A stretch of 62,746 bases of DNA, filler included, from Craspedostauros australis (Eukaryota), in NCBI GenBank assembly GCA_030167865.1. It is 5 parts of 5 records of this genome, joined end to end, with 100 filler letters (N's around TTAATTAATTAA, not from the genome) between each part and the next. Parts side by side here need not be neighbours in the genome. Positions count along the whole stretch, not along the records: positions 27,558 to 41,605 come from JALAGF010006706.1; positions 41,706 to 54,884 come from JALAGF010006707.1; 3 more parts are not named here. One strand, written 5' to 3'. Shown here piece after piece: positions 35,701 to 44,740 of this stretch (the stretch's first letter is position 1; each line of letters opens with the position of its first letter). The notes below the pieces were generated by a model. The model did not search any database. It was not told the DNA's origin and worked only from the letters and a program-made list of their open reading frames with translations. Both the position numbers and the translations under genes were made by a program.

Positions 35701-37191
35701 AACGGCCCCAACGGTCGCGACGACACCACCGCGTTCCTCGTGGGAGGCGACTACCTCTCCCAGATCGCAGCCGAAGTCGAGGGTGGCATGGTCATCCTTG
35801 GCGACATGGACATCGACGCCACCGGTGCCAACTCCCTCGTCTACGCAGGATACGGTTCCGGAATCATCCCGCACGACGGAACGGACGTCATCAAGGTCGG
35901 TGGCAACATCAACCTCGACCGCGACGTCGCCGTCATGGACTTTGCCAGCGGAGGTGGCATCATCCGTTACGGAGGATCGCTCACTGGAACCGGAACCTTC
36001 AAGATGGGCCCTCAGGCCCAGGCCATCCAAGATCCCAACCTCGACCTGTCCGCCTACGTCAAGGTCCTCGAAGACCTGAAGGCCAAGTCCGAGTACTGGG
36101 CGACCTTCACTCCAAACGGTGACTTCGAGGGTTACGGATACGGCAATCAGGCCACATTCCAGGCCGGCGCAGACAATGCCTGCATCCAGGTCTTCACTAT
36201 CGAGGCCGCCGAGCTCGACGCCAACTGGGGCATCAACGTGAAGTTCGACGCCAGCCTCGACGACAAGACCATCCTCATCAACGTCAACGCCCCACCGGGC
36301 GGAGTTGTCACCGTGAACAACCTCGGATTCATCGATGGCGCCGGCAATCTCAACTACGCCTTCTCCTCGTCCGTGATCCAGAACATCATCTGGAACTTCC
36401 ACGACGCCACCGTCCTCAACCTCGGCCTCTGCGATCCAACCTCCAACCACTGCACCAGCGGAGAGTTCATGGGATCCATCATCGCGCCAAAGGCCAACAT
36501 CGTCAACATGGCTCTCCCAGGACAGTCCGGACGCTTCGCCACCAGCGGAACAGTCGTGCACAAGTGGGGTGGATCCGAATTCCACAACTACCCATTCAAC
36601 CCTCCATGCCCCCTGCCACCTCCAGACAACCTCCCAGTTCCTCCGGAGTGCACCACCCTGCCACCCGGCCAGACCGATGCCCCCACCAGCTCACCAAAGC
36701 CACAGGGCTGCCCAACAGGAGTCACCCTGGTTGGACAGGTTGGTTCCTTGGGCTGGGTCTCAGGCGATGGCAGCATCCCGATCGAGATCGTCTCTGCGGA
36801 TGATACCACCGTCACCTTCACCGTGAGCTCCACCTGGAACACCGCCAACGTTGACAAACTGTACACCCAGCTCGAGGAGGACGCCAACGGCCTCCCCTCC
36901 ACCGCATGCTACCTCGAGGAGGCAGTCGGCATGTCCAACGGGGAGACTTACACTGCCAAGTGCTCCATGTATTCCAAGACGGCCATTGTCGACATTTACG
37001 TCATCGATGAGGACCTCAGCAAGCAGAACACAGGCAAGACAATCAACGTGCCTGATTGCTGCCACAGCGAGGCCGGCACGCCGCAGGCCATGCACTACGT
37101 GGCCATGCTGCAGTGCACACCGCAGCCATGCCCGCCGGGTCAAACCTCCACAAGACGTCTGGAGGGACGCGGAAACCTCCGTGCCAACTAA
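32752..37191 (+). CDS. ~1479-aa secreted adhesin-like mosaic: 11 six-Cys repeats, choice-of-anchor-A-like domain, C-terminal Cys domain
   Basis: Intronless ORF with strong C-ending codon bias. Signal peptide MFKHITVAALVASASLLIATPGVMA. Repeats FCGxxWxxAxxxCxxxxPCPGxxDxECPxGxxCFGGITC. CAA-like motifs AFLVGGD..AEVEG.MVILGD, ILINV, NIIWNF.DAT and GSIIAPKA..GQ.G...EFHNYPF. C-terminal PIEIVS.D..TVTFTV...CC...C.P.PC, ending RRL...NLRAN. Confidence 0.85.
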   Translation: MFKHITVAALVASASLLIATPGVMATDGCAVDTFGAILDSLPDQTDNPADIRIITKTTAEVPVCVYDPVVAGSVSFLSAAPASTSALESDTTMYLFAEKTGLEYTSALGSVNLDVLVSELVGGGSRRSLSLTEFFGYTGSNYCGTGWMDTFNACMTSKPCPGGQNSECADGQSCFGGINCSGNSYGSTDLPYSGPKFCGSSWTDASNTCASAAPCPGGQDNECPDGLKCFSDINCATSTTYTPPVESSSYSGPNFCGSSWTGAKNGCATGAPCPGGQNDECPDGESCFGGITCPTPTTYGAGSTSSFLGDSAGSSSSASSYTGPNFCGSSWTGANDGCATGAPCPGAQDSECPDGQSCFGGITCPTPTTYGSTSTSAATSGYTGPNFCGIDWMNAKNICAGGAPCPGAQDSECPDGLKCFGGITCETPTTYGSTSTSTATSSYSGPNFCGSSWTSANDGCATGAPCPGAQDSECPDGQSCFGGITCPTPTTYGAGSTSSFLDDTAGSSSSTSSYTGPNFCGTSWTGAKNGCATGAPCPGAQDSECPDGQSCFGGITCPTPTTYGSTSAATSGYTAPNFCGSSWTDANNNCATGAPCPGAQDSECPDGQSCFGGITCPTPTTYGSGSTSSFLGGSAGSSSASGYTAPNFCGSSWTNANDNCATGAPCPGAQDSECPDGQSCFGGITCPTPTTYGAGSTSSFLDNTTPSYTGPSFCGDSWSLANTNCATGAPCPGGTDGECPGGQSCFGGITCPTPTTYGTGAAPVPNLNFCGPTYDDAEANKCGNGAQACPGGTADECPGSQDCFKVSACPGAAYLATEQESNASVKAVGSSPDASFGNPSSLSASLPDGTYSSYLLHADSPAQSTITALLTGSIRFPGQEVVGIMFSSGALSSTDSIFGLSSTQYGGSSANRGWEVQSEFQDFLTVSESCEVDVSALTCPATTATECAITANLGSEIGAVGAAYSGDEVHDDPFPNINTGTPLNGPNGRDDTTAFLVGGDYLSQIAAEVEGGMVILGDMDIDATGANSLVYAGYGSGIIPHDGTDVIKVGGNINLDRDVAVMDFASGGGIIRYGGSLTGTGTFKMGPQAQAIQDPNLDLSAYVKVLEDLKAKSEYWATFTPNGDFEGYGYGNQATFQAGADNACIQVFTIEAAELDANWGINVKFDASLDDKTILINVNAPPGGVVTVNNLGFIDGAGNLNYAFSSSVIQNIIWNFHDATVLNLGLCDPTSNHCTSGEFMGSIIAPKANIVNMALPGQSGRFATSGTVVHKWGGSEFHNYPFNPPCPLPPPDNLPVPPECTTLPPGQTDAPTSSPKPQGCPTGVTLVGQVGSLGWVSGDGSIPIEIVSADDTTVTFTVSSTWNTANVDKLYTQLEEDANGLPSTACYLEEAVGMSNGETYTAKCSMYSKTAIVDIYVIDEDLSKQNTGKTINVPDCCHSEAGTPQAMHYVAMLQCTPQPCPPGQTSTRRLEGRGNLRAN
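33172..35180 (+). repeat. Intragenic tandem array of 11 ~40-aa six-Cys modules with Ser/Thr-rich linkers of variable length
   Basis: Modules 3-10 are near-identical at the DNA level; modules 1, 2 and 11 are diverged. Confidence 0.9.
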
Positions 37192-39597
37192 ATAACCAGA
37201 GCTGCATCGTTGGCATGCCTGGTCGGGAATGATCGGCTGTTGTTGTTGTTGTTGTTGTCCAGCATGCTCCCCAGAGGAGGATCAGTAGCAACAGCAGCAG
37301 GAGCCAGCCAACAACACAATCAAACAATGAAAGCAAAACAAAAAGAAAGACAAAAGAACGGAAAAACAATCGTCCTTGGGATACTGAAGTGCAGGAGCAA
37401 CCCATCCCAAGAGTCGACAACACAGTCTCGCAACAGCACTCCTGCCATAGTACGAGTATTACACCACAATCATACCATGCTACTTAGAGTAGAACACTGC
37501 ATACACAAATAATAAAATTAGTAACGGGGATACACCAGATAACATTACCGCTCTGGGAAAAGTAGAGCTAGGGAGTTGCGGCGAACAGACAGAGCCAGGC
37601 TGAATCTGGATCGGCTTCCCAGGCATTCCGGAGCACAATGCTTGAGGTGCCCGTGTGGTACGGATACAACTGCCACACTCTCCGCAGATATGTCTGAATT
37701 TGAGACCCATACGAGGGCAGAGGGTGGAACTGTTTGTTCCCTTATGAGCCCGATCAGTGAGTCGACCAATCGTTTGAAATGAAGAGTGGAGTCGAATTTC
37801 TGGGATTTTCAAACTAAGCACATATTCGCAATCTTNATAGATCTAAAACATATACCAATCCATTCCAGTTCCGAGGTTGGCCGTATTTTAAGTTTTATGG
37901 ACCGATGGATTTGCACATTCGTCCATCTCCTTCGGGTTTCAGCCTTTTGGCTACGACTACATCGATCCAAGTTAACCCTTTGCTGTTCTTCGTTTCAGCA
38001 AGTTTGTTCCGATTTTGAATTGTTTAGTCTCCTTTTGAGGTGTTCCGATGAGACCATCCCACACCTCCTCCACGATAGCGCTAGTTGTAGAGTTTGGGGA
38101 GAAGCGGTGAGTGCGCGTTTNNNNNNNNTCTATCCAGTGTTTGCATGATCCGTGATCTACGTCACCAAACTGGCTGCTGCGTCATGAACCACCAATCACA
38201 GCACGATGTGAATCATCATCAACTGCGTTTCGTCGTGACGGAATGGTCGAGTTGCATTGGTACTCCCGAAGTGTTTTGTGTCATGCTGCCTTCGTTCATT
38301 TTGGTACAATAGTTGATAATTGCCTCAGACCCCAAGATGTGCGACCGGTTGAGAGCGCCAAACTCGAAACAACAACATGACAATGGCGGATGACAAACAA
38401 AAATTCTGCAATGGCCACCCAACGGCATCGTCAGCGCCGCACCAACCAGCGGCCCAATGAAAAATCCAAGCACATCGCCGTCACCGCCATGCAACTCTTG
38501 GTGGGTGGACGAGCGGAGGCTTCGAGAGCGGTTGATTTGGGGCCGCCGCAGGCCTCCGCGCAAACGTCTCAAAATCGCGGCAGATTGGCTCGTTGGATGT
38601 AGCCTGTGTATTCCATGCTCAGGCCACACCAACGCCTACGAATGGGCAAGACGCATCCAAGAGGTCACCATCAAGGTCTCCACGAAGTTTGATGCTCAGG
38701 AAGGACCGGGAAGGTGTCCGCGCGGAGGAAAAGGTGGAGGGCAAGAGTTTTGTTGGGCGGATCGCGGCGAACCTGCCATGTGACTTTGGCAGTGAGGGGG
38801 CAGCACCATGAAGCTGCCCAATCTCCAAGTCACCCATACAAGTCCCGTGCGTCATCGCCTGAAGATGCACGTCGCGAAGTTCGAGCTGCTGCAACGGTCT
38901 GGAAGAGGCTGCAGCATGGAATGAGTGCAGACCCGTCATTTTTGGTGGTGCACCCAAAACCAACAGGGCCATCACCAAATGGAGGTGTACCATCGGAACC
39001 CTCCACACCCAGCCCAGTCTGGATGCATCAGCATGTCGCCAGGTAGTGTGGGAATGCACGAGGGGTACGTGGAGGGGCTGAAAGGGTCCTGTGGATGAGA
39101 TATGGATCCGTATCCATACTGCATCCGGCTTGCACTTCGTTTTTTGAATCCGCTCTTTTTCAGTATATCGACACTTTGGGGCATGCAATGTGGCAGAAAT
39201 GTTCTGTCCTTCATGGAGTGCATAGCTGGGGAGCATACAGAGCCATTGTGGTGCGCAGTTTGAAGAAATACAATGTTGATGATGATGATCATGGGTGCTG
39301 GGGGGAGGGCAACATTGTGCCATTGAGAATTTTTCGAATTCACCACACAACTGTGTGGTGGTCAAACATGACAATAAAAACAATTTCTATGTCAATTTAA
39401 CTTCGATATTCTGTATAACCTATAGCCAGGCGTCTGAATGCAATGTTTAGATTTAATTGCAAACGATGTGTTGTTGAGATATAGCATGATAAGCAGATGT
39501 TTGGATGGTTTTGGGGTGGCCTCTAGACTCGTTATAGTAGCATGATCTGTGGCCCACAAAACTCCACAACTAGTGTTATCGTGGTGGCGCACAGCCA

Positions 39598-41605
39598 TCA
39601 CAAAATTTCCGTCTCATCATCCAACACAGCCTCACTTTCTGTGTTGGCCTTCATTGTGTGAGCATCACACCACCTCTGATTCTCCAATTGCTCTTCTTCT
39701 CTCTGCAACTCCTCTTCTCTCTGCTCTTCCTCTGTTNNNNCTGGTGCATTGTGGATTGCCACAATTGCGGATGCTGCTGTTGCTTTGTTTGTTGTGTTGG
39801 TTTCTGTCTTGGTGAGCACAGCCTCCTGGTTTTGTTTGCATTGCTTGGCACTGTACGCTGCAAACAGCGATGCTTTGACGCGCATGGGATTTGCATGCAG
39901 TTGTACGTACCAGTCAGTTTTGGCNNNNNNNNNNNNNNNNNNNNNNNNNNNNNNNNNNNNNNNNNNNNNNNNNNATTGTGTGAGCATCACACCACCTCTG
40001 ATTCTCCAATTGCTCTTCTTCTCTCTGCAACTCCTCTTCTCTCTGCTCTTCCTCTGTTCCTTCTGGTGCATTGTGGATTGCCACAATTGCGGATGCTGCT
40101 GTTGCTTTGTTTGTTGTGTTGGTTTCTGTCTTGGTGAGCACAGCCTCCTGGTTTTGTTTGCATTGCTTGGCACTGTACGCTGCAAACAGCGATGCTTTGA
40201 CGCGCATGGGATTTGCATGCAGTTGTACGTACCAGTCAGTTTTGGCTCTTTCGTCACCCATCAATTGCTCGTGTGCTTCGTGCTCGGATGGTCTGTTTTT
40301 CGGATCCTTCGCGGACGCTTTGCAGATGTCCTTCAATTTCGCCGCGATGTAGTCTGGTAGTTTGGCGTTGGTGCGTGCTGTTTTGCTCGCCCAGCCTTGC
40401 ACCGCGAGCGGTGGGTGTTCTGTTTCTGCGGTCTGGTCTTGTAGTGCTGTGGTGTGATCGGATGGCAGGTGCTGTTGTCCGTCTTGGAGGGCTTTGCCGA
40501 TCGCGAACGCCTTGCTCTCTGTTGCTGTACGCGCCATTTTGCGTGTCTTGTCCGTCTTCCTGAATGATTCGGACGTAATTGCCGGCTTGTCGGACGTGAA
40601 TGTTTTGTCCGCGATGACACCCAACTCGTTGATGATCCACCCCTCCCATTCAGCGCTCTTCACCACGACGTCTTCCGTGATTCCAGATGCAGCCACCAAC
40701 CACGCCTGGTCATCGTCGTACTTCACCTTGTGAGTCATACGTACCTGTTGTCCAGATGCGCGGAATCGTCTTTTTGGTGCGCCAGGCAACGTGGTGATGT
40801 TGCCTGCCAGGAGCGCCGCGTTGGCAAGTACCGTGGTTGTCCCCGCGATGCTGCCAGCTTGGAGCGCGAGGAAGAGTTGGAAAGGGGTCTTGATGTCGCA
40901 TCCACTTTGCACGTATTTTCGGAGTACACGGGTGATGTATGCGAAGTGGGTGTCCAGCATGCTCTTACCAGTTTGGGCCTCTGTGTAGATCCATGCGATG
41001 ATTTTGGCGGCGTTTCGTTGCCTGAGGTTCTTGTTGAGTACCGATGTGATGAGCGCGATGTACTCATGACTGGCAAAACAACACGCATTATTGCTCTGTA
41101 GGATGATCTCAGTCACGGATGGGTAAATGTCTTTGACCTTTTGTTGCACGATCTCCAGCAGTCCACCAACTTGAAGTGTGTCTTGTGTCGGTCTTCCATC
41201 GACCACAATGTCGATGAACCGATAAGTAAAAACGTCATTGCGACATGTGATGACCATTGCCCCAAGCAGTGACATTCCCTTCTTCCCCCAATATTCTTGT
41301 TGGGCTTCGCCTTGGCCTGTCGGTAGAATTTTTTGCTTATGGTCGAGTACCACATAGGCTCTTTCAGGCTTGTCATTGAGTGTGGACTGATAAAATTCGA
41401 TTTGTTGGAATTGAACTTTCGCACGCACTTTGTGAGCCATGTATTTAGTGATTTCATTGGCGAATCCCAGGGCCGCTGCAAGCATTGATTGCAATTCGTC
41501 TTTGTGTTCTGATAGCTCGCCGTCCTTAAGCATTTTGACAAAAGGGACAAAACGATCATTCACAAATCGCATTGCTGTGCCACAACGGTTGCATACTTTA
41601 CGTGG
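39598..41605 (-). mobile_element. DDE DNA transposase, Sola-like (resembles Sola3), 5'-truncated; the second catalytic Asp is Asn
   Basis: Motifs VVLDHKQKILP, EAQQEYWGKKGMS, QD..QV, LQSNNACCF and TEAQTGKSMLDTHF. The stop is at 39598 once the gap duplication is collapsed. Confidence 0.6.
39653..40246. other. ~270-bp duplication straddling a 50-N gap (assembly overlap artefact)
   Basis: 39653-39924 matches 39975-40246 on either side of the gap at 39925-39974. Confidence 0.85.
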
Positions 41606-41705
41606 NNNNNNNNNNNNNNNNNNNNNNNNNNNNNNNNNNNNNNNNNNNNTTAATTAATTAANNNNNNNNNNNNNNNNNNNNNNNNNNNNNNNNNNNNNNN
41701 NNNNN
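41606..41705. other. Artificial contig-joining spacer
   Basis: 44 N + TTAATTAATTAA (41650-41661) + 44 N. Confidence 0.95.
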
Positions 41706-42244
41706 AGGAGGAGGATTGAATGGATCACAAATCATATGGCTTGGCAATGGTGGAAGCACTGGTGTTGAAAGTGAGGACCTGCAAAGTCCATGGCACAAGG
41801 AGGGCAAGGAGAATCCCAAAGGAGATAAGAACAAGGATAAGGATGAACAATAATCAACCAGTGTTGAGCAAGGATAGGTTCATGGGTGTGTATAAAGACC
41901 ACAGACAGATAATCNNNNNNNNNNNNNNNNNNNNNNNNNNNNNNNNNNNNNNNNNNNNNNNNNNNNNNNNNNNNNNNNNNNNNNNGAAGAAAACACTCCC
42001 AAGAGGGTCAAACGGATCTGCAGCTTGTGTAGAGTCCATGTCTGCAAAGACCATTGGGGTATATACCATGGAAGGTGATGAAGTATGGTAAAACAAAACT
42101 TCAGTGATTTCCGACAATAGCACAAGTAAACGATGGTACCGATTTAGTTTTCACGTAGGCTGTGGTAGGACAAACGCGTTCAAAAATTAGCACGGTGTCG
42201 AGATATACGATATAATAGTAGAATTATCTCTGGGCCATGAAGGG
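41706..42244 (+). mobile_element. 3' end of a piggyBac-like transposon (Cys-rich C-terminal domain, 3' UTR, terminus ...GGGCCATGAAGGG)
   Basis: Translates as ENTPKRVKRICSLCRVHVCKDHWGIYHGR*. The 3' region is homologous to the inverted copy at 43402-44010. Confidence 0.6.
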
Positions 42245-43217
42245 ATAGAGTGTGCATATGGAGGGAAGGCAGTGTGTGCTGCTTGAGACATGGACGAAGC
42301 TCAACGTCCCAGGGCATCAACGGGAGCAGAACCGAGAACAAGGCAGTGTGAAAGTCAAGGCGGGGGTGAAGATCTGGATTACCCACCAACCCACAACTCT
42401 GGATTTCGACCACTGATCCACAGCCCAGATGATGCATCATCATCACCTTGCCTACTGCTACCGTGCAATCCTCAACATCTCTTCGCACCCAACCGCCTTG
42501 CCCACGCGAAATGTGAGTCTGTCAATCAAGGGCACGACTGGACAGCAAGCTGAAGCACGACTGGTGATTCCCAACACAATNTGCCCTTCTGCGTCCGCAT
42601 GCCTTTCGTTTNTAGTCGTAGATTAATGCGAAAAATATAAACTTTTTAACTATAAGGTCCAGGCGTCTAATATTTCACACATGTACCCTCCACAACATAA
42701 TAGGATGAAATCTGTCCTTGAATTAAAAATCGGCAAGAATGTACTATCGTATCCTGAATGGGGTCGTAAGTTGCCCTCCAGGACCGACTGCAGGTCCCGT
42801 CACACAACCGGGTCATAAATGTCCAGAAGTAGTGACTCAGTGACAATTCTCCAAGGAGGCAGATGTGTCGACCAGCGAACATCACTGAAAATGTGAGGTG
42901 AACATGTCTGTGAGGTCTGCACAGGGAGTTCACTTGCGGATCTTCACGCCAAACTTTCAGTTCCCGTTGAGGCAATGAAGTCCCACCAACCTCTCCGTTG
43001 GCTGCCCAACCCCAGCTGTTCGACGCCTGCTGGCCGCAATTGGAGGTGACAAAGCCGGTGATTTCGTCAAAGAGGCGCTCGCTTGTGCCAGGGGCAACTG
43101 CTTCCCAACCCCCGTTTCTCTTGTGGCGAGAAACAAGAAGCAGACAGAGAAGTTTGGCGATGCCTCTGCACACCGATACACAGGCAAACAAGGCAACAAA
43201 CACACGAGGCAGCCACT

Positions 43218-44564
43218 AGAGACTTCCTGAAACCCGAAAATTAAATCGTACGGACAACTCATAACCCAATACTGCGACATTTCGAGCCGGCCATGCCCAA
43301 AAANAGTTTCGGGAAATGGCCATCTGGGGCTCTTTTTTTCGGGTTGGAGGAAGATCCCGAAATACCTTGTGTCCCGTGAAGCATCGACTTCCACGCGGAA
43401 TCCATTCACAGCCCAAGGATCCACCAATAAAATACGCTTATTTGGAGGCTACCACGTTCTATGTAAAAACTAGATCGGTACCTTGATTACTAGTGCTATC
43501 GTTGGAACACTAAATTTATGCTTTACCCTACTTCATCACCTTCCGTGGTAGATGTCCCAAATTGCTTTGCAGATATGGACTCCTCAAAACCTGAAGCTCC
43601 GTTGCACCCTCTTGGGCGTGTTTCTATCTAGGTCAGTAATTTTATTTGTGGCTTTAAAGTGGCAGCAATATTGGCAAAGTCGTTTCTTGCCATCATCCTC
43701 CATGATGTGTTTGCGGTCTTCGTACACGCCCATTAACCTTTCCTCGCTCAACACTGGTTGAGTGCCGCTCATCCTCCTCTTCGTTCTTGGAGATGGCAAC
43801 CTCTGGAAGAGGAAAGTAATGTATCCCCGAAGGCGAAAGACAACGACAGTTCCACCGGCTTTGATGCGCAGAAAAACGCTGTGANNNNNNNNNNNNNNNN
43901 NNNNNNNNNNNNNNNNNNNNNNNNNNNNNNNNNNGAAAGACAACGACAGTTCCACCGGCTTTGATGCGCAGAAAAACGCTGTGATGCTGTGACAATCTAC
44001 GTGCCACTGAACATTTTCACGCCAGTCCCGCAGTACAAATTCAATTCACGAGTACTTCAGGCTCGATAAGCAATAAGATGGCAGTAAGAAGTATAACACA
44101 TAAACATATAGTTGGAAAGCTGTGCTCAAGGGCTTTCGAAAGATGTGAATAAAGTGTCATTGTACATGTATAGTTGTCGTCAATAATTACAATAACTGAA
44201 ACTGATAATATTATACAATGTATCATATCGCCTAGTTCATCAAGGGACAAACAAGCCGACAATCTCAATGGCAACGCCTCCGACGCAGACGAACGAAACC
44301 GATGAGACGGATACAGCTCAGGGATGCCGATGTGGATGTGAGGAGCAAAATGTGGTAGGAGGTTGGATGAATGAGACGAAGGAGCACAGGAACCATTTAG
44401 AAAACTTCATTTTCGTTGCTAGTCTTGCATACGACCCCCTTGATTCTACTATTAGTTCACGGTCGGTGACGTCTGTCATATTTCGGGCCGTTATTTGTAG
44501 ACGTTATTGATAGTCACAATGCGTGTCGTTTCGGGAAACTGGTTTCGGGTTTCAGGAAGTCTCT
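43218..44564. mobile_element. Non-autonomous TIR element (PIF/Harbinger-group-like) with perfect 22-bp TIRs and an ACT target duplication
   Basis: ACT|AGAGACTTCCTGAAACCCGAAA (43218-43239) ... TTTCGGGTTTCAGGAAGTCTCT|ACT (44543-44564). Confidence 0.75.
43402..44010 (-). mobile_element. Degenerate piggyBac-like 3' fragment nested in the TIR element
   Basis: Translates as QPVLSEERLMGVYEDRKHI...RLCQYC...NTPKRVQRSFRF*GVHICKAIWDIYHGR*. Its terminus GGGCTGTGAATGG parallels the copy ending at 42244. The left boundary is uncertain. Confidence 0.55.
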
Positions 44565-44740
44565 ACTGTCAAGCAGAGTTGTCGTATGCACGAGTTTTGA
44601 TACACACGGATAACGACAACTGGATCCATCTCTTCCTTGCACCCTGCATCCCCTGATTGCTCCTGTTCTCATAATTCGGCACAACAAAGCAACACAGACA
44701 CAGCCACATATTCGTATCACACCAACGCGCACCACCAACC

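Noticed and set aside
35308..36585. Long antisense ORFs (also 12540-13571 and 44744-45709)
   Set aside because: They are expected by-products of strong codon bias in the sense genes and carry no independent motifs.
39426..39435. CCAGGCGTCT shared with ~42659 as a possible Sola terminus
   Set aside because: Only 10 bp, on different segments, with no TIR partner or TSD identifiable.
39653..40246. Tandem duplication of the transposase 3' end
   Set aside because: Matching copies flank a fixed-length 50-N gap, which indicates an unmerged contig overlap.
43835..43984. 50-bp direct repeat
   Set aside because: Identical sequence lies on both sides of a 50-N gap; this is an assembly artefact.
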